Shown here in pieces: positions 1 to 10,074 of a stretch of DNA of 64,000 nt; the stretch's first letter is position 1; each line of letters opens with the position of its first letter. This DNA comes from Clostridia bacterium (lineage in GTDB: Bacteria > Bacillota > Clostridia > UMGS1883). The stretch spans positions 2,855 through 66,854 of the forward strand of contig JAZRTB010000077.1 in assembly GCA_045651805.1 (NCBI GenBank). Direction: 5' to 3'. Both the position numbers and the translations under genes were made by a program. The notes below the pieces were generated by a model, which was not told the DNA's origin, searched no databases, and saw only the letters and a program-made list of their open reading frames with translations.

Positions 1-1
1 A

Positions 2-970
2 ATGAAGGATATAACAGATAAAGTTCTTGACGAAATGAAGGCCGACAAGGAAATTTCTAAAATTATTGATGAAATTGCAAAAAATCAAGGAATAAGCCGT
101 GAAGAAGTTGAAAAATCAATCGACAACTTCTTTAAGAATTTTAATGATTACTTTGCTACTGAATTAAAAGGAAAACTTTCGATTGAGCTTTATGTTGACG
201 GAAAAGGTACCATCATTGGTATGAATCTTTCGTGCAATAAGTTTGAATATTCCGACTGTTCAATTACAAAGTGGTTTGAAATCGGAAGCACTACAAAAAT
301 CAGATATGACGTTCTTACTGTGGAGCTCGTAGGTAACGGAAAGCTTGAGGGAAATAATGTCAAAATGAATTACGAGCTTTCTGCGATGGGTTCAAAACTT
401 GCCGATGTAAAAATCAGCGAACTTGATTATAAAAAACTTAAAAACGGACTGTTTGACGGAAAGATTAATGTTAAATTTGATAAGTCGGTAGCAACATATT
501 CATCGCTTATTTCAGGTGAAAATTCAGAACTTAATATGATTGCCAAAATAATCAATATACTTCCTGATGCCGCCTTTGATGCCGATGTTACCCAGAATAA
601 AGATGACGAAATAAAGGTCATTCTTAAAGTTAGTCATAAGAATAAACTCTGTGCTGATATTAATATATTACATAGAGATTGTGACAAGAAGAGTGTTGTG
701 CTTCCCGGTGCGGATAAGTGCGTTGATACCTCGTCGGAGAATATGTGGGAAACATGGACAGAAACTTTTGACGACAGAGCATTCTTTAAAAATCTTGAGA
801 ATGCTAAAGCAACTCATGTGAAGATAATGGATGCTGCTTACAGAATTGTTTCTTGCAAAGTATGGGGCAGAGGTGAACTTGATGTTGATGCATTGTTTGA
901 TGACCTTGAGGAAGCAGGAGTGCCCAACATAAATATCTGGAGATTAGCTTATAAATTGTTCTTTAAATAA
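2..970 (+). CDS. Hypothetical protein, probably 5'-truncated by the window edge; upstream of ABC-2 exporter genes
   Basis: 322-aa open frame from the window start to TAA at 968-970; no recognisable motif. Confidence 0.7.
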   Translation: MKDITDKVLDEMKADKEISKIIDEIAKNQGISREEVEKSIDNFFKNFNDYFATELKGKLSIELYVDGKGTIIGMNLSCNKFEYSDCSITKWFEIGSTTKIRYDVLTVELVGNGKLEGNNVKMNYELSAMGSKLADVKISELDYKKLKNGLFDGKINVKFDKSVATYSSLISGENSELNMIAKIINILPDAAFDADVTQNKDDEIKVILKVSHKNKLCADINILHRDCDKKSVVLPGADKCVDTSSENMWETWTETFDDRAFFKNLENAKATHVKIMDAAYRIVSCKVWGRGELDVDALFDDLEEAGVPNINIWRLAYKLFFK

Positions 971-975
971 TATCA

Positions 976-1008
976 TAACCGGGTACCGAGGACTTTGGTG
1001 CCCGGTTA
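976..1008 (+). other. Intergenic GC-rich hairpin without a + strand U-tract (mRNA stabiliser or partial terminator)
   Basis: TAACCGGGTACCGAG..CTTTGGTGCCCGGTTA followed by an A-run. Confidence 0.55.
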
Positions 1009-1024
1009 AAAAAAGGAATTTGTT

Positions 1025-1687
1025 ATGAATATCAATAATATTAAAAAAACTTACAAAAACAAAGTTATTCTGAACGGAATTGATTTTTCTGCAAATAGCG
1101 GAGAATGTATTGGCATTCTTGGAAGTAACGGAAGCGGTAAATCAACACTTCTGAGTATTCTTGCAGGAATATTGCGTCCTGATTGCGGTGAATTTACGTT
1201 TTCCGGTATCAATCTTTTTAAAGAAAGAAAAAAGCGTTCGGAAATAGTTGGTTATGTACCGCAGAGTGCTCCTCTTCTTGAAGAGCTTAATGCAATGGAT
1301 AATTTAAGCTTATGGTATGAACCTGAAAGATTAAAAAAAGAACTGTCTGACGGTGTACTTGGTATGCTGGGAATAGATGAGTTTATTAAAACACCTGTTT
1401 ACAAAATGTCCGGCGGTATGAAAAAAAGACTTGCAATTGGCTGTGCAGTCGCGCATAATCCGAAGATTTTGCTTCTTGATGAGCCATCTGCCGCGCTTGA
1501 CCTTGTCTGTAAAGAAAGAATTGCTAACTATCTTCTTGAATATAAAGAAAATGGTGGAATAATCATACTTGCCACACACGATCTTCAGGAGCTTCCGTTG
1601 TGTGATAAGCTTTATATTCTGAAGAACGGAGTTCTGAACCCTTTTCAGTATGACGGAAATGTACATAGATTGGTAGGTAGCTTGTAA
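1025..1687 (+). CDS. ABC transporter ATP-binding protein (ABC-2/drug-exporter type)
   Basis: Walker A GSNGSGKS, signature MSGGM, Walker B LLLDEP, H-loop ATHD. Confidence 0.95.
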   Translation: MNINNIKKTYKNKVILNGIDFSANSGECIGILGSNGSGKSTLLSILAGILRPDCGEFTFSGINLFKERKKRSEIVGYVPQSAPLLEELNAMDNLSLWYEPERLKKELSDGVLGMLGIDEFIKTPVYKMSGGMKKRLAIGCAVAHNPKILLLDEPSAALDLVCKERIANYLLEYKENGGIIILATHDLQELPLCDKLYILKNGVLNPFQYDGNVHRLVGSL

Positions 1688-1689
1688 TT

Positions 1690-2925
1690 ATGGAAAAGAA
1701 ATACTTCAGATTACAATTTAAAAGTATAATGAAAGTATTTCCGACAATTCTCGTTATAACCGTTATCACACTTTTAAGTGTTGCTCTTCTTTGCGGACTG
1801 GCGCTTAAAAAGGATAGTGACAGTAGTGATAAACAGAAAATTTCTGTGGCAATTGTCGGAAGTCTTGAGAATACATATCTTGATATTGGTTTTTATGCAC
1901 TTAAAAATCTTGACTCATCAAGATTCTATTTTGAGTTTCTTGAACTTGATGAGGAGGAAGCTATAAAAAAGCTTCAGGCAAGAGAAATCAGCGGTTATCT
2001 TCGCATTCCTGATGACTTTGTTAAAAGCATCGCAAGAGGGGAGAATAAACCGGCAGAGTACATAACGTTGAATACTCCGGATAATTTCGGAACAATTCTT
2101 ACTGAAGAAGTAACAATGATGATTTCGGATATGCTGACGCACTCTCAGGTCGGTATGTACAGTATGCAGGATGTTGCCCGTAAATACAATAAAAAGGACC
2201 TTGGTAAAAACATCGACAATCTTACGGTTAACTATGTAAACTATATTTTTAACAGACAGACAGTATATAATCTTTCCCTGACAGGATTGCCCAATTCTTT
2301 GTCTTTGGGAGGATATTATATATGTGGTCTCTTTATGCTTTTTATTCTTTTGTGGGGTATTTCCTGCAACAGAATTTTCGCCTCGAAGAATCTTGCTTTT
2401 TCAAGAGTTCTCAAAGTTTCAGGAGTAAGCTCGGGTAAACAGATTATTTGTGAGTATGGTGCGTATCTTTCAGTTACAATTATAACTATGCTTCTGTTTT
2501 CGCTGATTTTCGGTGTGGTGACGCAATTTGTTAAACTGCCTGTCCGTGAACTTGAGGGGATTAGTATTGTTGATCCGATATTTTTCGTGGTTGCGACGAT
2601 TCCTGTTGTTGCAATGGTTTTAATGATGCAGTTTGCTTTCTATGAAATGATACCGAACAAAGTCGGATCTGTGCTTATGCAGTTTATTCTGGCGATTGGT
2701 CTCGGATATATATCAGGATGTTTTTATCCAAATTACTTTTTCCCTGAATCTGTGCAAGTGTTTGCAGGATATCTGCCTGTTGGAGTTGGCTTTTCTTTCC
2801 TGAGAAAAGTTATGTCGGGAGTATTCCCCGTGACTGAACTTGTACTTCTTATAGCATATGGTGTTGCTTTTCTTCTTATAGCAATAAAAGTGCGTAATTA
2901 CAGAATGGAAGGTGGCAGTATATGA
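1690..2925 (+). CDS. ABC-2 type exporter permease
   Basis: N-terminal TM, large extracellular loop, about five C-terminal TMs with ISGCFYP motif; follows the ATPase. Confidence 0.88.
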   Translation: MEKKYFRLQFKSIMKVFPTILVITVITLLSVALLCGLALKKDSDSSDKQKISVAIVGSLENTYLDIGFYALKNLDSSRFYFEFLELDEEEAIKKLQAREISGYLRIPDDFVKSIARGENKPAEYITLNTPDNFGTILTEEVTMMISDMLTHSQVGMYSMQDVARKYNKKDLGKNIDNLTVNYVNYIFNRQTVYNLSLTGLPNSLSLGGYYICGLFMLFILLWGISCNRIFASKNLAFSRVLKVSGVSSGKQIICEYGAYLSVTIITMLLFSLIFGVVTQFVKLPVRELEGISIVDPIFFVVATIPVVAMVLMMQFAFYEMIPNKVGSVLMQFILAIGLGYISGCFYPNYFFPESVQVFAGYLPVGVGFSFLRKVMSGVFPVTELVLLIAYGVAFLLIAIKVRNYRMEGGSI

Positions 2926-4073
2926 ATAGTATGAGAAAATGTTTTGTATGGTTTTGTATGCTGACAAAAAGGCTTCTGTTTCAGTGGAGTTTTATACTTA
3001 TTCTTTGTATAATTCCAATTGTTATGCCACTTGCCAATGTTTTTATGAATCAGGAAAGCGGAGTTTTTCACGTTGCACTGTGCAATGAAGATAAAAGTGA
3101 ACGCTCTGCCGAGATAATAGAATCCATATTAAACAGGGAAAGTGTTGTCCGCTTTACATATGTCAACACCCGTGAAGAGGCAGAAAGAGCCGTCAGGACA
3201 AAGAAAGCCGATGCTGCATGGATTATAAAAGATGGTTTCAGAGAGAATCTTATTGACCATGTTAATGCAGAACGTACGGGAGCAGTTATTGATATTATAG
3301 AACAAGAAGAGACCATAATAACAAAAATATCGAGAGAATTACTGTTCGGAGCAATTTACAGAGATTTGTCGTATGAAATATACAGGGATTTTTCCTTGGA
3401 TGTATTGTCGCCTGATGTACCTGAAGAGGAAATGAGAAGTATTTATGAAAATCAGGAAAAAATGGGTCAGGTTATTGTGTCGCGTAAACTTAATACAAAT
3501 AAGCCTGTAAAGAGTGATGTGAACTACCTGACAGCTCCTATCAGAGGTATTCTTTCGCTTGTAATGTTGCTTTGCTCTCTTGCGGCAGCGATATATCATC
3601 TTAAAGACAGGAAAGATGGCAGATTTGACTGGATGTCTCATAGGGACAGAATTGCACCGGCCTTTGCATCGTGTCTTGGGGCGGCGTGCATTTCAGGCGC
3701 AGTAGTGTTTATTGCACTCATTGTTTCGGATGTTTCTACGGGTTTTGTTAATGAGCTTTTGTCAATGCTTCTCTACATTCCTGCTGTTACAGGATTCTCG
3801 TTGCTTTTGTGTGTATGCATAAAATCTCCGGGGAAGCTTGGTGCGTTAATTCCCGGAATTATGATTGCGGCACTTGCACTTTCTCCTATTTTCTTTGAAC
3901 TTGCCGGAGTGAAAATTTTTAGTATGTTGCTTCCGACATACTACTATCTGTATTCTGTTTTCGATGCTATGTATTATTTGTATTCGATTGTCTATAGTAT
4001 TGCTATATACATTGTTGCAATAGCAGTAAATCATATCATTGCCGAAAAATGCCAAAATAAATCCCTCATTTAA
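2922..4073 (+). CDS. ABC-2 type exporter permease (second subunit)
   Basis: Same topology; ATGA overlap with the previous gene; LSPIFF..LLPTYY motif. Confidence 0.85.
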   Translation: MNSMRKCFVWFCMLTKRLLFQWSFILILCIIPIVMPLANVFMNQESGVFHVALCNEDKSERSAEIIESILNRESVVRFTYVNTREEAERAVRTKKADAAWIIKDGFRENLIDHVNAERTGAVIDIIEQEETIITKISRELLFGAIYRDLSYEIYRDFSLDVLSPDVPEEEMRSIYENQEKMGQVIVSRKLNTNKPVKSDVNYLTAPIRGILSLVMLLCSLAAAIYHLKDRKDGRFDWMSHRDRIAPAFASCLGAACISGAVVFIALIVSDVSTGFVNELLSMLLYIPAVTGFSLLLCVCIKSPGKLGALIPGIMIAALALSPIFFELAGVKIFSMLLPTYYYLYSVFDAMYYLYSIVYSIAIYIVAIAVNHIIAEKCQNKSLI

Positions 4074-4089
4074 AGATGGAGTGATAATT

Positions 4090-5991
4090 ATGTGTAAAAT
4101 ATTTGATAAAAATACATTTTTTCTCGGATGTAACTACTGGGCATCACACGCCGGTATTGATATGTGGAAATACTGGGACGAAGATGTTGTAAGAAATGAT
4201 CTTAAGCTTCTTTCTGAAAATGGAATCAAAGTTTTGCGTATTTTCCCACTGTGGTCTGATTTTCAGCCTATAAGGCTTCATCTTGACTATAATGTGTTGC
4301 CGAAAGAAATGCGTCTTGGGGAAAAGCCTTTCGAACATACCCCAGAAGGTGTGGCAGGTGTTGACACTGTAATGATAGAAAGATTTCAGACCTTCCTTGA
4401 TATAGGTAAAGAGAACGGTATTAAATTCGTTGTAGGGCTTATTACCGGGTGGATGAGTGGCAGACTTTATATGCCCGAAGCACTTCTAAACTTCAATCCC
4501 ATTACGGACCCGCGTTCGATTAAATGGCAGATTAAGTTTGTAAAATATATGGTTAACCGTTTTAAAGAACACAGTGCAATTTCAGCATGGGATTTAGGAA
4601 ACGAGTGTAACTGTATGGGTGAAGTTACAAACAGCGAACAGTCATACGTTTGGATGTCAACCATCACAAATACGATTTTGTCCTGTGATACCTCGCGCCC
4701 TGTTGTATCGGGAATGCACGGTATGCAGCCGAATAATAACTGGCGATTCCGTGACCAGGGCGAAATTCTTGATGTAGTATGCACTCATCCTTATACTCTT
4801 TATACCCCCTACTGTGACAGCGATCCCCTTAACGAAATGAAGACTATTCTGCACTCTGCTGCACAGACAATTTATTACAGAGGACTTTCGGGAAAACCTG
4901 CCTTTATTGAAGAGGTTGGCTCTCTCGGACCTTCCATTGCATCGGACGAAGTTGCGGCAGATTTTTATAAGTCGGTTCTTTATTCGGGATGGGCACATAA
5001 CTGCCTAGGCTCAATGTGGTGGTGTGCCTTTGATCAGGGGCATCTTACAAATACGCCTTATGACTGGTCTGGCATTGAAAGATACCTCGGTTTCTTCCGT
5101 AAGGATATGTCGCCTAAACCTATCGTAAATGCAATGGCAGATTTTACAGCTGTGCAGGAAAAGGTTGGAAAACTCGCTGACAGAATTGTTGACGCAGTAT
5201 GTATTATTGCAAATATTCCTGACCCGTGGAAAACTACTTTCGGTTCATTCCTTATAGCAAAGAAGGCACAGCTTGACATTGAATATTGCTATGTTGATGA
5301 TAAAATCCCGGAAGCAAATGCGTATATGTTGCCGTCATTAAAGGGTTCGGTAGCAGTTTTCAAGCATCAGCTTGACGAAATACTTGAAAAGGTTGAAAAT
5401 GGTGCAACCCTTTATATGTCGGTTGACGATGTGCTTCTTTGCGAGCCTGTTGAATCCATAGCAGGTATGCAGGTGCAGTGCAGAAATGCTATGACAGAGC
5501 CTGTTTTTGCAGAAGTTGACGACAAAAGAATTCCCCTTCAGGGAAAATACAGCACTACATATAAAGAACTTGACTGTAAAGTTCTTCTCCGTGACGAAAA
5601 CGGAAAACCTGTTCTTGCAGAAAAATCATACGGCAAGGGTACAATTTATTACCTTGCATATCCTGTTGAGGACTTTGCCGCAGGTACTCCCGGCAGTTGC
5701 AGCGGTGAAAAGGCTATCAATTATGAGAAGATTTACTCGCTTATGCCAAAACTCCGCAATCCCGAAAAACGTATTTTTGGTGACAATCCATATGTTGGTA
5801 TTACTGAGCATCCCGAAAACGGTATAACAAAGGCTGTTCTTGTGAATTACAGACCGATTGAGCAGACTGTTACTCTTAACTATGGCGATCTTAAAGTTAA
5901 GAAAGTTATCGGTGCGGAACTTGACGGTAACAAAATCACACTGAAGGCTAATGATTGTGCGGTAATTGTGTTTGAAGCAGTTAATGAGTAA
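4090..5991 (+). CDS. Clan GH-A glycoside hydrolase (GH5-like, beta-mannosidase/mannanase type) with GH42-like C-terminal domain; no signal peptide
   Basis: FLGCNYW, LRIFPLW, acid/base WDLGNEC, HPY, nucleophile IEEVG, WWCAFD; start moved to ATG 4090 behind GGAG. Confidence 0.85.
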   Translation: MCKIFDKNTFFLGCNYWASHAGIDMWKYWDEDVVRNDLKLLSENGIKVLRIFPLWSDFQPIRLHLDYNVLPKEMRLGEKPFEHTPEGVAGVDTVMIERFQTFLDIGKENGIKFVVGLITGWMSGRLYMPEALLNFNPITDPRSIKWQIKFVKYMVNRFKEHSAISAWDLGNECNCMGEVTNSEQSYVWMSTITNTILSCDTSRPVVSGMHGMQPNNNWRFRDQGEILDVVCTHPYTLYTPYCDSDPLNEMKTILHSAAQTIYYRGLSGKPAFIEEVGSLGPSIASDEVAADFYKSVLYSGWAHNCLGSMWWCAFDQGHLTNTPYDWSGIERYLGFFRKDMSPKPIVNAMADFTAVQEKVGKLADRIVDAVCIIANIPDPWKTTFGSFLIAKKAQLDIEYCYVDDKIPEANAYMLPSLKGSVAVFKHQLDEILEKVENGATLYMSVDDVLLCEPVESIAGMQVQCRNAMTEPVFAEVDDKRIPLQGKYSTTYKELDCKVLLRDENGKPVLAEKSYGKGTIYYLAYPVEDFAAGTPGSCSGEKAINYEKIYSLMPKLRNPEKRIFGDNPYVGITEHPENGITKAVLVNYRPIEQTVTLNYGDLKVKKVIGAELDGNKITLKANDCAVIVFEAVNE

Positions 5992-6006
5992 ATAGAGGTG
6001 TTAAAA

Positions 6007-7290
6007 ATGGATAAAATCGAAGTATTGTTAGCAGATAAATACGACCTTGTGGTAGGTGATACTTTTCAGCTTTTTTACAGAGGTATAATCGAAGCGCCCA
6101 ACCCCTACATTTATGACATCCTTGCAGTTTGTCAGAAGGGTAAAGGCTTTCCCAGATATTACGAGTTTACTCCCGAAGAAGAGGGTGAGTATAAACTCAC
6201 AATATCAGTGTTTGATGCAAAGAAAAATCTTCTCGGTAAAGGGGAAACCGTTCTTTCCGTAAAGACTGCTAAAGAGCCGAAGAATGAAGTAAATATACTC
6301 TGCTTTGGTGATTCTTCCATAGCAAACGGAATCTGGCCCGGGGAGGCAAGAAGACGCCTTTGTGATAATGGCGGTGAGCCTGAAGGTTACGGATTCAATA
6401 ATATTAATTTCATTGGTGGAGTTAATAAAAACGATGTAAATTTTGAAGGCTTCGGCGGTTGGCTGTGGGAAAGTTATCTCAGTGCTGTAAGCGGTGATGT
6501 TTGGGTTCACTGCAAACACGAAAAAAAGCTTCAGGACCAACATTCAATATGGCAGGACGAAGAAGGAAACCTCTGGCAGCTTGAAACCCTTGATGCCGGC
6601 AGAGTTAAATTCACCCGCTACGGCGGACATAAGGCGGAGCGAAAAGATAAAGGTATATTTACCCACGTTCGCAATGCCACGAATACTGCCCCCGTTGAAT
6701 ATGGTTATTCATATTACGAAGCACCCAATCCTTTCTATGATGAAGAAAACGGTGAAGTAAGTTTTAAGTATTACTGCAAAAAGCAGGGCGTTGAAAAGCT
6801 TGATGCAATTTATGTCCTTCTCGGATATAACGGACTTTCCTGTGTTGAAGGACCGATAAATGATTTCTGCAGTGAAGTTGTAGCACAGGCAAAGAGGGTT
6901 GTTGATATATATCACAGAGATTGTCCCGAAGGCAAAGTAAGGGTAATGGGGCTTTTCGTGCCGTCAACAAGCGGTGGTGTAGGCACAAGCTACGGTACAG
7001 TGCCTCCTTACGGTGATTATTACGGACTTGTAAGGTATGCATTTGAGCTTAACCGTCAGTATAAGGCATGGGCGAATGAAGCCGATTATAAGGATTTTGT
7101 GGAGTTTATTGATGTATCGGGGCAGTTTGACAGTGAAAACAATTATCCCGAAAAAGATTTCCCCGTAAATTCAAGAAGCTCAAAAACAGAAAAAATAGGC
7201 ATAAACGGACTGCACTGCATTCCCGAAGGATATATGCAGATTGGTGATGCAGCATTCCGCAATATGATACATTTAATAAACAAAAAGTGA
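6007..7290 (+). CDS. SGNH/GDSL-family esterase, paralog 1
   Basis: Block I FGDS, block II EGFGGW, block III LGYNG, block V NGLH; RBS GAGGTG before ATG 6007. Confidence 0.8.
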   Translation: MDKIEVLLADKYDLVVGDTFQLFYRGIIEAPNPYIYDILAVCQKGKGFPRYYEFTPEEEGEYKLTISVFDAKKNLLGKGETVLSVKTAKEPKNEVNILCFGDSSIANGIWPGEARRRLCDNGGEPEGYGFNNINFIGGVNKNDVNFEGFGGWLWESYLSAVSGDVWVHCKHEKKLQDQHSIWQDEEGNLWQLETLDAGRVKFTRYGGHKAERKDKGIFTHVRNATNTAPVEYGYSYYEAPNPFYDEENGEVSFKYYCKKQGVEKLDAIYVLLGYNGLSCVEGPINDFCSEVVAQAKRVVDIYHRDCPEGKVRVMGLFVPSTSGGVGTSYGTVPPYGDYYGLVRYAFELNRQYKAWANEADYKDFVEFIDVSGQFDSENNYPEKDFPVNSRSSKTEKIGINGLHCIPEGYMQIGDAAFRNMIHLINKK

Positions 7291-7301
7291 GGAGAATTGA
7301 A

Positions 7302-8585
7302 ATGGAAGAAATAAAAGTAGTTTTAGCGGATAAATATGACCTTGTTGTAGGTGATACCTTTCAGCTTTTTTACAGAGGTATAATTGAAGCACCCAACCCC
7401 TTTGTATATGATATTCTTGCAACTTGTCAGAAAGGTAAGGGATTTCCCAGATATTATGAGTTTACTCCCGAAGAAGAAGGGGAGTACGAGCTTACAATTT
7501 CCGTATTTGATGCAAAGAAAAACCTTCTCGGTAGAGCGAAAACACAGCTTATTGTAAATGCACCAAAGGCGAACACAAGACCCCTCAACATCCTTTGTAT
7601 GGGTTCATCCACAACGGCAGGCGGTCAGTGGGCGAACGAAGCGAATCGTCGTCTTACCGCAAAAGACGGAGAGCCGGAAGGACTTGGATTTAAGGACATC
7701 AACTTTATTGGAACCTGCAGAAAGGAAAACACCGGCTACGAAGGCTACGGTGGTTGGCTTTGGAAAACTTTTACCGAAACAGGCAACACAAATATGTGGG
7801 TTTACACAGACTATAATATGGATGCGGAGGATCAGCATTCTATATGGATGGACGAAAACGGAAACGAATGGAAGCTTGAAACACTTGATATAAGAAGGCT
7901 GAAATTCCTTCCTTACGGCAATAATAACGGTGTAAGACCTGAAAGCGGAAAGCTTACACATGTTGCAAACGCAATACATACCGATGATATTATTTTCACA
8001 TCTTCGCATTATGAAAAGTGCAGTCCTTACTATGATGAAAAGACTGATTCTATCAGCTTCAAAGCGTATTGTGAAAGAATAGGCATTGATAAAATTGATG
8101 CAATGTACGTTATGCTTGGAATGAACGGTCTTCTTGATGTTAAAGGCGATATTCTTGACTATTGCCCCGATGTGGTACGTCAGGCAAAGGTTGTTGCAGA
8201 TCTTCTTCATAAGGATTTCCCCGATGCAAAACTTAAGGTTATGGGAACTATAATGCCCGGAACTACCGGCGGTGTTGGCTGGAACTACGGTGCAGTAATG
8301 CCTTACTGTGACGGATATAACCTGCGCAGATTTGTTCTTCGTCTTAATGAACTCTTTAATGAATGGGCAAAGGAAGACGGCTACTCTGACTTTGTTGAGT
8401 ATATAAATACTTCAGGTCAGTTTGACTGTGACAATAACTTCCCCGAAACAGAAAAGCCCGTCAATACAAGAAGTAAAAAGACAGAAATGATAGGTATAAA
8501 CGGACTTCATCCTCTTGATGAAGGATATATGCAGATTGCTGATGCGGCATTCCGTAATATGGTAAAGTTCTGTAAGGAAAACTAA
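7302..8585 (+). CDS. SGNH/GDSL-family esterase, paralog 2
   Basis: MGSS, EGYGGW, LGMNG, NGLHP; collinear with paralog 1; RBS GAGGAG before ATG 7302. Confidence 0.8.
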   Translation: MEEIKVVLADKYDLVVGDTFQLFYRGIIEAPNPFVYDILATCQKGKGFPRYYEFTPEEEGEYELTISVFDAKKNLLGRAKTQLIVNAPKANTRPLNILCMGSSTTAGGQWANEANRRLTAKDGEPEGLGFKDINFIGTCRKENTGYEGYGGWLWKTFTETGNTNMWVYTDYNMDAEDQHSIWMDENGNEWKLETLDIRRLKFLPYGNNNGVRPESGKLTHVANAIHTDDIIFTSSHYEKCSPYYDEKTDSISFKAYCERIGIDKIDAMYVMLGMNGLLDVKGDILDYCPDVVRQAKVVADLLHKDFPDAKLKVMGTIMPGTTGGVGWNYGAVMPYCDGYNLRRFVLRLNELFNEWAKEDGYSDFVEYINTSGQFDCDNNFPETEKPVNTRSKKTEMIGINGLHPLDEGYMQIADAAFRNMVKFCKEN

Positions 8586-8683
8586 TCGGGTAAAAGGGAA
8601 TGTAAAAAAGTCCAGACCGCAAAAAAGACTATAATAATACGGATTATAGGCGTTTTGTAATTATCTAAACTTGTTAATAAAGT

Positions 8684-8728
8684 AGGAGGTATAAAAAATT
8701 TAGTTTTTTATACCTCCTTTGTATTTTT
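8684..8728 (+). terminator. Probable intrinsic terminator after the SGNH pair
   Basis: 15-bp perfect stem AGGAGGTATAAAAAA / TTTTTTATACCTCCT followed by TTGTATTTTT. Confidence 0.6.
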
Positions 8729-8774
8729 CGGAAAAAATTGCAGATAATGTTTTTAAAGAAAGGATTGTGATAAA

Positions 8775-9209
8775 ATGATAGAATCTGATACAATAAAACT
8801 TCTCCGTGAGTGTGATGCAGGTGTAAAAATGGGTATTTCGTCAATTGAAGAAGTTTTACCCCATGTAAACAGCGATAAACTTAAAACATATCTTGCGGAT
8901 TGTAAATCAAATCACGAAAAAATTGATGAAAAAATTCAAGTATTGCTTAAAGAATATAAAGATGACGGAAAAGAGCCGAATCCGATTGCAAAAGGAATGT
9001 CATGGTTTAAAACAAATATGAAACTCGCTGTGAATGAGTCTGATTTTACAATTGCAGACTTGATTACAGATGGATGCGATATGGGAGTAAAATCTCTCGG
9101 AAAATATCTTAATCAGTACGAGGGTGCTGATGAGAAGTCAAAAGATATTACAAAAGAACTGATAGAACTTGAAGAAGGGCTCCGTGTAGATATCAGGTCA
9201 TTTCTGTGA
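8775..9209 (+). CDS. Ferritin-like four-helix bundle protein (DUF2383/PA2169-like), possibly sporulation-associated
   Basis: 144-aa helical protein with a pattern typical of this clostridial family (LLRECDAGVKMG...IADLITDGCDMGVKSL); RBS GAAAGGA. Confidence 0.65.
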   Translation: MIESDTIKLLRECDAGVKMGISSIEEVLPHVNSDKLKTYLADCKSNHEKIDEKIQVLLKEYKDDGKEPNPIAKGMSWFKTNMKLAVNESDFTIADLITDGCDMGVKSLGKYLNQYEGADEKSKDITKELIELEEGLRVDIRSFL

Positions 9210-9226
9210 ATGGATATATATAACAT

Positions 9227-9255
9227 TTGACAAATTCTCTTTTTTATTGTATACT
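9227..9255 (+). promoter_or_regulatory. sigmaA promoter of the lipoprotein-MBOAT-DHHW operon
   Basis: TTGACA-17 bp-TATACT. Confidence 0.75.
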
Positions 9256-9295
9256 GTTAAAGGTTTATAAATATTATGCAAAAGGAGAATGAATT

Positions 9296-10021
9296 ATGAA
9301 AAAACTTTTATCGCTTATATTAGCACTTATGCTTGTCGTTGCTTTTACTGCCTGCGGAGATAATGAAAACGTAGATGTAAATTCAAATGAAGATGAAATT
9401 ATTGTCGGTGAGCCTTCTGATAAGGAAGAAACAGAGAATAGTGAAATCGTTGAAGATACAGAGGAAGAGGTAGAAGACGAAGAAGTCGGTGAGGAGACAA
9501 CTACTGATCCTTCAGCTCCTGCAACTCCTTCAACCCCTGCAGAGCCCTCGACACCTTCAACACCTTCAACACCTTCAACACCTTCTACACCTTCTGCTCC
9601 TGCAACTCCTGAAATTGATAAAAATGCATCTCTCGGAAATCAGCTTTTTGAATACTTTAAAATTAAAGCAGGTTCAGGAAATGCACTTTCAATAGCGGAA
9701 GAGCTTATGAAGTATGAAGCACTCAGCGTTCTTTCTATGGGTGCCATGGAAGTTGAAGAAGGATACCTTACAGGCTTTGATGATACTGAAATTACAGGAT
9801 TCAGCGAAGGTGCAATGTTTGCTCCTATGATTGGTACAATTCCTTTTGTAGGCTATGTATTTACACTTGATAGCGGTGCAGATACAAGTGCATTCATATC
9901 TACGCTCAGAAATTCAGCAAACCTCAGATGGAATATCTGCACATCTGCAGAAGAAATGGTTACAGGTAATGTCGGTAACAAAGTATTCTTTGTAATGTGT
10001 AATAAATCTTTAGAAGAATAA
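9296..10021 (+). CDS. Lipoprotein with acidic and Pro/Ser/Thr linker and a DUF4358-like C-terminal domain
   Basis: Lipobox FTA-C, E-rich then P-x-x linker, globular C-terminus; position upstream of MBOAT+DHHW is typical of such lipoproteins. Confidence 0.75.
   Translation: MKKLLSLILALMLVVAFTACGDNENVDVNSNEDEIIVGEPSDKEETENSEIVEDTEEEVEDEEVGEETTTDPSAPATPSTPAEPSTPSTPSTPSTPSTPSAPATPEIDKNASLGNQLFEYFKIKAGSGNALSIAEELMKYEALSVLSMGAMEVEEGYLTGFDDTEITGFSEGAMFAPMIGTIPFVGYVFTLDSGADTSAFISTLRNSANLRWNICTSAEEMVTGNVGNKVFFVMCNKSLEE
9509..9610 (+). repeat. 9-bp coding tandem repeat, about 11 P-x-x units (PST/PSA/PAT)
   Basis: CCTTCAACA-type units, three perfect copies around 9551-9577. Confidence 0.9.
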
Positions 10022-10027
10022 AATAAG

Positions 10028-10056
10028 GAGCTGCCGTTATTTCGGCAGCTCGTTTA
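10028..10056 (+). terminator. Intra-operon hairpin / weak terminator after the lipoprotein gene
   Basis: GAGCTGCCG-ttattt-CGGCAGCTC then GTTTA. Confidence 0.55.
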
Positions 10057-10074
10057 ATGTGAAGGAGAATAAAA

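Noticed and set aside
1025-4073. ABC genes as the missing sugar importer or a bacteriocin system
   Set aside because: The topology is ABC-2 exporter type with no solute-binding protein, and no precursor peptide or modification enzyme is visible.
8586-8728. Riboswitch or translational attenuator, since the hairpin sequesters a perfect AGGAGGT
   Set aside because: No start codon follows the SD-like arm and no aptamer consensus is recognisable; treated as a terminator.
9509-9610. Short tandem repeats as a possible CRISPR array or contingency locus
   Set aside because: These are in-frame 9-bp units encoding a Pro/Ser/Thr linker, with no spacers or cas genes; length change would not shift the frame.
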